Positions 56,283-64,000 of a stretch of DNA of 64,000 nt are shown here, piece by piece. The stretch covers positions 1 to 64,000 of the forward strand of contig JBBRSP010000003.1 in the NCBI GenBank assembly GCA_038245295.1, given 5' to 3'. The stretch's first letter is position 1. Each line of letters opens with the position of its first letter. The position numbers and the translations under genes are program-made. The notes beneath the pieces were generated by a model. The model ran no database searches, had not been told where the DNA came from, and saw nothing but the letters and a program-made list of their open reading frames with translations. This DNA is from Candidatus Binatia bacterium (GTDB lineage: Bacteria; Desulfobacterota; Binatia; HRBIN30).

Positions 56283-58100
56283 ATGTCGATTTTGAGAGTA
56301 TTGCGGATCGCGACGATCATGATCTTGTTCGTCGCGGCACCGGTCCGTGCATCCTCCTACCGTCCCCACATCGTCAATGGCGTGGTCAGTGGCCAATTCC
56401 CCAGTGCCGGAGCATTGCTGATGGGCACGAGTGCCAATACGGCCCAGCTCGAATGTTCAGGGACGTTGATCGGGTGCGACACCTTCGTCACGGCGGCGCA
56501 CTGTGTTTGCAATGGTCTTGGTAGCCAATGCCAGGGCATTAATTCTCCCGCTTCCTATTTCGTCTTCTTCCAGAATGCAGGGTTCTTCAGCGTCACCAGT
56601 GTCACGGTGCGTTCGGACTTCAATTTCCCGGTCGGCGACGTGGCCGTGCTGAAGCTCGGCGCGCCGGTAACCGGGATCACGCCCATGCCGCTCAATACCG
56701 CCGCGACACCCGCGTTCGGCATGGCGGGATACATTGCCGGGTTTGGACGCACGGGCGGCAGCAACAATGACTACGGGGTCAAACGGATGGGTAGTGTCAC
56801 GACGGCGGAGTGTTCGACGGAATCGAATGTCACCTCCGTTTGCTGGGCGTTCAATGCGCCGCTTGGCGCGCCGGGGGCCCATTCCAATACCTGCAATGGC
56901 GATTCCGGCGGACCGCTCTTCGTCGACAACGGCAGCGGCCTGGTGCTCGCCGGTACCACCTCCGGGGGCTACCGTGACGACTGTCTCCTCGGTGATGAAA
57001 GCTACGACGCCAACATGTTTCACTATCACTCATGGGTTGAAAGCATCGGCGGCGCGGATGTCGGCACGACGGTCTGCAGCGACCTTCCGGTCGTCGGGTC
57101 GAGTGGCGCACGAGTGAGCTCGTTTGCCGGAACCTTGTCGACGAATCAAACAGCGACGCATATCTTCACGCTGCCATCGGGCATGAGTGACCTGCGCGTT
57201 ACGCTGAATGCCGAAGCCGACGTCGACCTCTACCTCAAGGCCGGAAGTGCCCCGACGACGAGCGACTACGATTGCAAGCAAGACGGCCCAACCGGTTTCG
57301 GCGCCTGCGCGATCAGCAGCCCGGCTGCCACGACATGGTACGCGATGGTCGTGCAGTACAGCGGCAGCGGCGTCTACCAGGTGACGGCGACGGCGTTTGG
57401 TTCGGATTGCTCTGATCCGATGAATGCCGGTCAGCCATGCGACGACGCCAATGCGTGCACGACCGGTGACGTCTGCAACGGCGGCGTCTGCAGCGGCAGC
57501 AACGTCGCCGACGGTTTGCCGTGTGACGACCGCAATGCCTGTTCGAACCCCGACGTTTGTCTCGCGGGCGCCTGTAGCGGTGGCACGGCGCCACGTGTTG
57601 GCTGTCATGCTCCGTTTGCCGCGCCGGCCGGCGTGGTGCGTTTGCGCCAGCCACTCGTGGGCGTGCCGCATCTGAGCTGGCGCTGGGTCAAGGGCGAAGC
57701 CACCAGCATTAGCGAGTTTGGCGCCCCGACGGTGTCGACGGCGTATGACCTATGTCTCTATTCCACGTCTGGTGCCTCGAGCTCGATCCTGTTGCAACAC
57801 CACGTCGCGCCGGGCGGCTTGTGCGGATCACGGCCGTGCTGGAAGACGACGCGTCATGGATTTCGCTACACGGATCGTGCGGCTGCCAATGGCGCTGTGA
57901 CCAACATCGAGCTGCACGATGGCAGTGACGGCAAAGCCATGGTCACCGGGCTCGGCAAAGGGGCGTTGAACCTACCACCGCTGCCGCTCGCAGGAACTCC
58001 GGCAATCACGATGCAGCTGACCAACGGCATCGCCTGCTGGGAAGCGAGCTACGGAGCCGGGATCAAGAATACGACCACTGAGTACCGCGCGCATCCCTGA
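56283..58100 (+). CDS. Secreted trypsin-like serine protease with PPC domain, Cys-rich repeats and a C-terminal domain
   Basis: Signal peptide, IVNG, TAAHC, DVAVL, GDSGGP; DVDLYLK (PPC); CDD.NAC..DVC twice. Confidence 0.9.
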   Translation: MSILRVLRIATIMILFVAAPVRASSYRPHIVNGVVSGQFPSAGALLMGTSANTAQLECSGTLIGCDTFVTAAHCVCNGLGSQCQGINSPASYFVFFQNAGFFSVTSVTVRSDFNFPVGDVAVLKLGAPVTGITPMPLNTAATPAFGMAGYIAGFGRTGGSNNDYGVKRMGSVTTAECSTESNVTSVCWAFNAPLGAPGAHSNTCNGDSGGPLFVDNGSGLVLAGTTSGGYRDDCLLGDESYDANMFHYHSWVESIGGADVGTTVCSDLPVVGSSGARVSSFAGTLSTNQTATHIFTLPSGMSDLRVTLNAEADVDLYLKAGSAPTTSDYDCKQDGPTGFGACAISSPAATTWYAMVVQYSGSGVYQVTATAFGSDCSDPMNAGQPCDDANACTTGDVCNGGVCSGSNVADGLPCDDRNACSNPDVCLAGACSGGTAPRVGCHAPFAAPAGVVRLRQPLVGVPHLSWRWVKGEATSISEFGAPTVSTAYDLCLYSTSGASSSILLQHHVAPGGLCGSRPCWKTTRHGFRYTDRAAANGAVTNIELHDGSDGKAMVTGLGKGALNLPPLPLAGTPAITMQLTNGIACWEASYGAGIKNTTTEYRAHP

Positions 58101-58167
58101 AGCGCATCTGAGCCGTGACAGTGATCCATCTCGATGCATGCTAGCGGGTTGTCCGCAGATGAACGCA

Positions 58168-58503
58168 GCCCGGCCGTTGGCCGGAACCAACTCAGGCCAA
58201 CCAGCCCTTCACCTCCGTCATTCCGGCGAAAGCCGGAATCTCCCAAGCATTCCACAGTTTCCAATCGAGGATATTCCGGCTTTCGAGACTGTCATAAAAC
58301 CAAAGCGGAGCAACGTCATCCCGGTGAAAACCGGGATCTTCGCTTGCTGGAAGCCTCGAAAGCTGGCGAGATACCGGCTTTCGCCGGTATGACGGAAAGG
58401 TCTGCTCGGTTTCAAATTTGGCTTCCGAGTAGATCGACACACTCTTTCGCCGGGATGACGTTGCTTCAGGTCAGTTTATCGACAGTCTCTTTCGCCGGGA
58501 TCC
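58168..58503. mobile_element. Nested MITE-like/REP composite
   Basis: Inner 160-bp unit 58285-58444 (GAGACTGTC...ATCGACACACTC) flanked by TTTC on both sides, lying inside an oppositely oriented related unit ending GACAGTCTC at 58489. Confidence 0.7.
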
Positions 58504-58514
58504 ATGTCAAGATT

Positions 58515-59894
58515 CTACAGAAACGGCAGATCGAAGTCCGGCACCGTCCAATAGGTATTCGGACTGCCAATATCGGCAGGGAAGATGACCGAGGGGTCGG
58601 CAACGCTGAGCCAATGCTTGAGGATGGTGCCGAAGACGTCGCGGAAATCGGTCGAGCGGTACGGATCGGCAGAGTTCTGCGAGTACACCGTGTTCCCCTG
58701 GCTGTCGAGCGACGCGATGTTCGGGTGGTTGCCGTAAACGCTGCCGTTGACGCCGCCGCCGATGACGAACATCGGCGCCTGTGAGCCGTGGTCGGTGCCG
58801 GTGTCGTTTTAATTAACGCGACGACCGAACTCGCTCCACCAGACGACCAATACCTTATTGGCGATGCCCATGTTCTCGACGTCGGCATAGAATTGCTCGA
58901 CGGCGCGGCTGATCTCTTTGAACAGATTTGCCTGTCGCCCGGTTTCGGCGCCCTGGTTGGAATGCGTGTCGAATCCGCCTTTCGTGAGTTGGAAGAATCG
59001 CGCACAGACGTTCGTGTCGAAGCCATTCTCCACCGCGTAGATGATCTTGGCGATTTCGCGCAGGTTGTCGGCGGTGGCGCTGTTGAGCGATTCGTAGCCG
59101 TTGTTCCAGGTTGGGCGGTCGGCCAGGTAGATCGGTTCGATCGGTGGGTAGTGCTCCGATGCCGTCAGCGTCGCAGTGCCGGCATTGCCGATGAACTGGC
59201 GCGTCGCTTCTGCCGACAGCGAGGCGTCCTCGTGGAGCGCGGCGTAGGCGGCGCGCTTGTACGAGTCATCCGAGCTGTAGGCGCTGTCGTACGGGAAATC
59301 GAACGAGGCCAGGCTGCTCATGGCGATGACATTGGTGGTGCTCTGACTGAACTCGCGAGCAATCGACGTGCGCAGATTGACCGAACTGATGTCGGCCGCT
59401 CCATAGCCGGCGTTGACCAAGAAACGTCCAACCCAACCGGCGTTGCCGCCCAGCGTGTTGGTCGGATCCCCGATCGCCCACTTCTTGCGCGCTTCGTCAT
59501 GCGACAGGTTGGGGTTCGGATAGCCGCAGCCCTGGAAGACGGCGACCCTGCCCAGGTCATAGAGAGACTTGAAACCGTCGAGAGCCGGATGCAGAGCCAG
59601 CGCGTTCCCTGTGCCGGGGTCGTTGCTAATGCTCGACGCCGCCAGCGACGTCGTGGGAATCTCGAGCGTGTTGCGCACTGCCTGATAGGTGGCCCGCAGA
59701 GACCCCGAAGTTGGGATCACCGTGTTCAGTCCATCGTTGCCGCCGTCGGCGTTCAGGATGATCAAGTACTTGCCGCCCAACGCGTCGGCCATGGCGCGAC
59801 GCAGGAACGGGTTGCGCGCCAGAGCCGGGCTGAGAAAACTTCCCGCCGTGAGAAGGCTGGTACGCTTGAGGAACTGTCTTCGTGAAAGTGACAT
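58515..59894 (-). pseudogene. Tat-exported DUF1501 protein with an in-frame TAA at 58809-58811
   Basis: SRRQFL Tat motif, GGNDGLNT, LHPAL, GGFDTH, SEFGRRVN*NDTGTDHG; the same frame continues to 58515. Confidence 0.85.
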
Positions 59895-59911
59895 GACGTT
59901 TCTCCTGCCCT

Positions 59912-61495
59912 TCACTGCAGCTGGTACGCCGGCGACTCGAGCACCAGGCAAAACAGGCCGCGCAACTTCTTGTCGACGGTTGTCGGATCGTTGAGATTGA
60001 TTGGCGGTGCGATGCTGCCGGCTTCGGTGAGGTAGTCGATCAACGCTTGACGCGACGCTGAACCGTTGGGGAACTGATCCTGGACGTGCAGGGCGGCGGT
60101 GACGGCATCGACGATGTCGCCGGGATCGGTCAGAGCTCTGTTGATCAGGCGTTCCGGTCGGAAGGCTTTGCTGCCGACGCCACGCGCCTGGGCGATGATG
60201 ACGGCGAAATCGTTGCGCTCGAGCAACGTGCCACTGTTCGTCCAGGCCGTCTCCCAGTCCCAACCGAACACCGTCGGCGGCTCGAACAACGCCTGTCCCA
60301 TGTCGGTGAGTTGTTGCTGAATCCCGACTGTCGTGCTGATCGCGTTCAGCACGTGGTAACGCTTGACGGAAATAGTTTCGTTGATGCCGTCGTTGTTGAT
60401 GTCGACGCTGGCGGTGAAATTCGTATAGTCGAGGTTCATGTTCAGCTGGCGCAGCGTCGAGACGACGTAGTGCACCGGCCACTTCACCGAGTGGGGCTGC
60501 GCCACCGCCGCGTAGAAGAAGTCGTCGACGAGAATTTCGCGCAGCAGCGGCGCCAGTTGCCAGGCTGTTAGCGGGTCGGTCGAGCCGTCGAAATTCGAGC
60601 GTGCGATGATAGCGTCGATCGTCGCCTTGGTGGGGTTGGCGTTCGCCAGGTACGAGATCAACTTCCCCGTGATGTAGCGAGCAACGGTGCCCTGTCCGTC
60701 GCTGTCCGTATGATCGAAAAGGATGTCGATGACGTTGTCGATTTCGGCGGCGCCGATGCTCGTGCCCCCGAGGGTGATGTCGCGGCCGGCCGCCCCGAAT
60801 CCGCCCACCGTGGTGAAGACCGGCTTCGGAGTGGTGTTGTCGTGTTTGGTCGTGTCCAGATAGGCGTCGCCGTACTTGTGACCCGCCGACGTGTCTTTGT
60901 AGAAGCGCCAGCCGCTGAACGCCTTGGCAATCTGCACAATGTCGGCCTGCGTGTAGTTGGCGACGCCGTTGATGTCGTAGACGCCCAGCGTGAACAGCTC
61001 TTGCAACTCGCGCCCGTAGTTCTCGTTCGGCTTGGTTTTGGTGTTCTTGTTGGTGTCGAGGAAGTCCATCATCGCCGCGTCGCGGTTGATCGACTTGACG
61101 AAGGTCTTGAAGCTTTCGTTCTTGACGTTGCCTTTGCAGTGGCGGCGCAGGAGTTTGTTTTGATTCGCCATCAGCGTGAAGTCCTTCACGTCGATGACGC
61201 TGCAAGCGAAGTGATCGTGCCAGAAGAGCACCATCTTCTCCTGGAACTGCTTGCCGGTCTTGAGCATGTAGTTGAGCCAACTGTCGTGCACCTCGCGACG
61301 CAGATCGGCCTGGTAGACGTTGTAGCGCACCTTCGGTTTGAAGGTGGTGCCCTTGCCGCGCGTCAGCGCGTCGGCGGCGTAGCCGCGCGACTTGCCGGTG
61401 TAACGGTGCAGATCCCGCGTCGAGATTTCGAAGCCAACGCGACGCAACAGATGGCGCGCCTCCGCTTCGTCTAGGAGTGTGTTTTCGTCGCCCAT
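59912..61495 (-). CDS. DUF1800 family protein
   Basis: ARHLLRR.GF, EKMVLFWHDHF, PNENYGRELQELFTLG, PPTVFGW, SPAYQL; adjacent to DUF1501. Confidence 0.9.
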   Translation of the reverse strand: MGDENTLLDEAEARHLLRRVGFEISTRDLHRYTGKSRGYAADALTRGKGTTFKPKVRYNVYQADLRREVHDSWLNYMLKTGKQFQEKMVLFWHDHFACSVIDVKDFTLMANQNKLLRRHCKGNVKNESFKTFVKSINRDAAMMDFLDTNKNTKTKPNENYGRELQELFTLGVYDINGVANYTQADIVQIAKAFSGWRFYKDTSAGHKYGDAYLDTTKHDNTTPKPVFTTVGGFGAAGRDITLGGTSIGAAEIDNVIDILFDHTDSDGQGTVARYITGKLISYLANANPTKATIDAIIARSNFDGSTDPLTAWQLAPLLREILVDDFFYAAVAQPHSVKWPVHYVVSTLRQLNMNLDYTNFTASVDINNDGINETISVKRYHVLNAISTTVGIQQQLTDMGQALFEPPTVFGWDWETAWTNSGTLLERNDFAVIIAQARGVGSKAFRPERLINRALTDPGDIVDAVTAALHVQDQFPNGSASRQALIDYLTEAGSIAPPINLNDPTTVDKKLRGLFCLVLESPAYQLQ

Positions 61496-61538
61496 GATAC
61501 CTCCACTAGTCCTTGGTCCCGCTGCCTTAATGCCACGC

Positions 61539-62552
61539 CTAGTCGGTCCCCGGCACCCAGCCGACGTCGGGAACCCCGGCATCGATCCACAGTCGAATGA
61601 TCTCGCGACTCGAAGCGGGCAGCATGCGCCGTCCCGGCGGCCGCGGCATGCGCGAACCCAGGCCGACGGCGTCGGTCAGGTCGTTGTCGATCTTGTGCAT
61701 CAGAAAACTGGTGGCCGAATTGCCCGGCTGAATGCGCCTCCATCCAAGCCCGAGTGCGGCCGGGTTCTGCGGATCCTGATTGACGGTGTTGTTGAGAGCG
61801 GCGCCTGGCTCCAGGAGCAGGCCGCCGGAGTTGTCGTGGCTCTCGGAGTCGTGACAGGTGGCGACGGCACAACTGGCGCTGAAGACCTGCTTTTGAATCC
61901 GGTCGTAGGTACCCGAAAACAGCTGCTGAGGCTCGCAGCCATGCGCCTCAGCACTGGCCGGAATACAGGTCAATTTCAACTTGTCGGCATCACTCGGCCC
62001 GACCAGTGGCTGTGGTTGGGTGAACAGGCGGACGACCTTGTAGTTGCTCTGGCAGCGGTTCGAGTTGGTGAGGGGCTTGCCGGTCGGCCCTTTGATGCGG
62101 ACACGCACCTGGCTGGTAGAGCTGCACAGGTTCTGGGTCGTCGTGGGCAGGACGATGTCGTTGTCGACGACGGCTTGCAGAGCCTGCATGTCGGGATCGA
62201 ACGCCGGATCGACACCATCATCGAGGCCATGCTCGACCGTGAGGGTTTCGATCCCAGTCGACGTGCAGGCAGTCGGATTGAACGTGCTGTTGGCACAAAC
62301 GGTAACAGCAAACGAGCAGACGCCGTTGACGGTGGCATCACCGTCACATGTCGGATCGCCGTCGACACAACGCACACTTCGCGGGTTGCTCTTCGGCGCG
62401 TTGACGTTGGCTTTGAGCGTGGCGTAGCAATCGGTACGCGCCGGGCGACCGCCGCCGACCTCGACCAGGGGGTCGACGCCAAAGGCAGGGTTTGCGAGCA
62501 AAAACGAGCCGAGTGTGAAAACTGCTCCCGTCAGCTGATTCGCTAGCTTCAT
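61539..62552 (-). CDS. Secreted protein: Cys-rich domain + putative c-type cytochrome domain (CX4CH)
   Basis: Signal peptide; CVDGDPTCD; IQKQVF..SCAVATCH..GLLL..PGNSATSFL..K..RMP..IRLWIDAG. Confidence 0.75.
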   Translation of the reverse strand: MKLANQLTGAVFTLGSFLLANPAFGVDPLVEVGGGRPARTDCYATLKANVNAPKSNPRSVRCVDGDPTCDGDATVNGVCSFAVTVCANSTFNPTACTSTGIETLTVEHGLDDGVDPAFDPDMQALQAVVDNDIVLPTTTQNLCSSTSQVRVRIKGPTGKPLTNSNRCQSNYKVVRLFTQPQPLVGPSDADKLKLTCIPASAEAHGCEPQQLFSGTYDRIQKQVFSASCAVATCHDSESHDNSGGLLLEPGAALNNTVNQDPQNPAALGLGWRRIQPGNSATSFLMHKIDNDLTDAVGLGSRMPRPPGRRMLPASSREIIRLWIDAGVPDVGWVPGTD

Positions 62553-62671
62553 TTCACCTCGTCTTTCTCGGCCCTGCGTTACTACTCTGCTCCGGTGGGA
62601 TGCATTGTCGAGAAATAAAATTGCGAAAAGCGGGAAAAGGTTGGGAGTTTTCGTTGATCTGAACAACGCGC

Positions 62672-62735
62672 CGCAAGCTGAAGCTTGCGCCTACCAGGCA
62701 AGCCGGACTGCGGTAGCCGCAGGCTTTGGCCTGCG
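62672..62735. repeat. Inverted pair of GTAG-type REPs
   Basis: CGCAAGCTGAAGCTTGCGCCTACC ... GGTAGCCGCAGGCTTTGGCCTGCG. Confidence 0.65.
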
Positions 62736-62746
62736 CGGCCCAGGCT

Positions 62747-64000
62747 TCAACAGCCCGACAGCGCTCGCGTGACGGCGGCGAGAATCTCGTCGATGGTGAT
62801 CGTCTGGTCGGAGTTCGTGTCACCCGCGTGGCACGCCGCAGGGGCGGACCCTTCGAGCGCCGCCTGTACCAGGGTGACGAGCTCGTCAATCGTTACCTCG
62901 TGGTCACCGTTGCAGTCGCCAGGGCAGGGCTGGGCCACGGTCGTTGGTGTCGCGGTGTCTGCTTGCGTTGCCGTCGGGCTCGGCGTCGCCGTTGCCGAGA
63001 ATGTTGGGACCGAGGTCGAGGTCGGCGGCGTGGTTGTCGTCGGCGTAAGCGTGGGAAGGGCGGTCGGCAAGCGTGTCGCCGTGATCGTCGGGGTTGCGGT
63101 GGGCCGCGCCGATTGGGTGCGGGTTGGTGTGAAGGTGACGGGGCCGAGGTCGACGGTGATGGTGAACACTTTCGTGTGCGAGTCACCATTCGTATCGGTG
63201 ACCGTGGCGCGCACGAAACCGTTGCCGGCGAAGGAAGGCGTACCCGACAGGAGGCCGTTGGTGCTGAGCTGCAGACCGGTGACATTGGTGCTGGCAAGAG
63301 TCCACTGAAACGAGCTGCTGCCGCCGGTGGCATCGAGCTGCTGGCTGTATGGTTTGCCGCTTTTGCCTTTCGGTAGTTGGGCGGCGGTCGTAATCGTTGG
63401 GGGCAGCGTCGCCGGATACAGGAACTGCACGCCGGCGATATCGTCATCGCGCACCGAAGCACAACGGCCATCGAAGTGGGCGCGGTAATACATGGTGGCG
63501 TCGCGTAGGCTCGCATCGGGCTCGGGGCTGCGCTCGGAGGAGTGGCCGAGGCCCAGTGTGTGTCCGAGCTCGTGTGTCGCAATCTCGGCGACGTTGCATT
63601 CATTCCATACGCCACACTCGGCCCAGCCATTGGCGAAGGTCAGGCTGGCGCAGCGGGTGCGCACGAAGTTGGTGCCGTCAAAGTGTTTGGTCTCCGACGT
63701 CGCGAATTGGAATCCGCCGAGAGCCAGCACACCCATGCAGTTGGTCGGTGGTGGAATGCGATCCGACGGATCGTTGAAGATGACGCGGTTGGGTCCGGGG
63801 CAGTCGAGTGTGACGGTCGCGTCGAGCCCACCATCACTAAGGTCGATTGTTCCGCCGGCGCCGTTCCACTTGCCGAAGGCGCTGTTCACGAGTCGCCGCG
63901 CTGTCGCCAGGCCGAGCAGCGCGTCGCCGTGCCCGTCGATGAGGAACGGTACACTGATGCCCTCGTCAGGCTCGAAGAAGCGTCCGTGACTCGGCCCGCT
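62747..64000 (-). CDS. Matrixin-like (metzincin) metalloprotease + Ig-like domain + Thr/Pro linker + dockerin-like C-terminus; 5' end outside the window
   Basis: HELGHTLGLGH and Met-turn ATMY; GLLSGTP Ig repeat; CPGDCNGDHEVTIDEL..GDTNSDQTITIDEI. The frame is open to the window edge. Confidence 0.88.
   Translation of the reverse strand, partial: SGPSHGRFFEPDEGISVPFLIDGHGDALLGLATARRLVNSAFGKWNGAGGTIDLSDGGLDATVTLDCPGPNRVIFNDPSDRIPPPTNCMGVLALGGFQFATSETKHFDGTNFVRTRCASLTFANGWAECGVWNECNVAEIATHELGHTLGLGHSSERSPEPDASLRDATMYYRAHFDGRCASVRDDDIAGVQFLYPATLPPTITTAAQLPKGKSGKPYSQQLDATGGSSSFQWTLASTNVTGLQLSTNGLLSGTPSFAGNGFVRATVTDTNGDSHTKVFTITVDLGPVTFTPTRTQSARPTATPTITATRLPTALPTLTPTTTTPPTSTSVPTFSATATPSPTATQADTATPTTVAQPCPGDCNGDHEVTIDELVTLVQAALEGSAPAACHAGDTNSDQTITIDEILAAVTRALSGC

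Noticed and set aside
58134..58784. ORFs across the REP/MITE composite (also 1838-2560)
   Set aside because: Translations of palindromic repeats; no transposase or other protein motif.
58809..61280. 823-aa ORF in the track
   Set aside because: Its N-terminal part is an off-frame overlap of DUF1800; the real DUF1501 gene starts at 59894 with a Tat signal.

Overview
GC-rich chromosomal segment from a diderm bacterium (it carries lptCAB). The gene content suggests Candidatus Binatia / a deltaproteobacterial-type lineage, by inference only: Thr/Pro-linker secreted proteins with dockerin-like GDCNGD..VTIDEL tails, F420-type enzymes, and an rpoN-hpf-ptsN-HPr cluster near metK. About 53 CDS are supportable. 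Housekeeping genes include lon, tal, mutM, rsmA, tsaD, lptCAB, rpoN, hpf, ptsN, HPr and metK, alongside metabolic enzymes and several large modular secreted proteins. No rRNA, tRNA, CRISPR array or transposase was seen. The best candidate for an undescribed system is a divergent pair of paralogous 7TM-PAS histidine kinases with complementary defects: one keeps the phospho-acceptor His but has no ATPase domain, the other has an intact ATPase domain but His is replaced by Arg, suggesting a split heterodimeric kinase. Other notable items: a cNMP-binding/MalT-like/DASS transporter fusion beside a citrate synthase and an HTH-citrate-synthase regulator pair; a TolC + ABC-2 + MlaC-like module; cohesin- and dockerin-like modules on non-cellulolytic proteins; an orphan MdcD-MdcE fusion; a self-nesting REP-carrying MITE; and a decayed hicAB cassette with an attC-like site. 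All product calls come from motif recognition by eye; no database searches were run.
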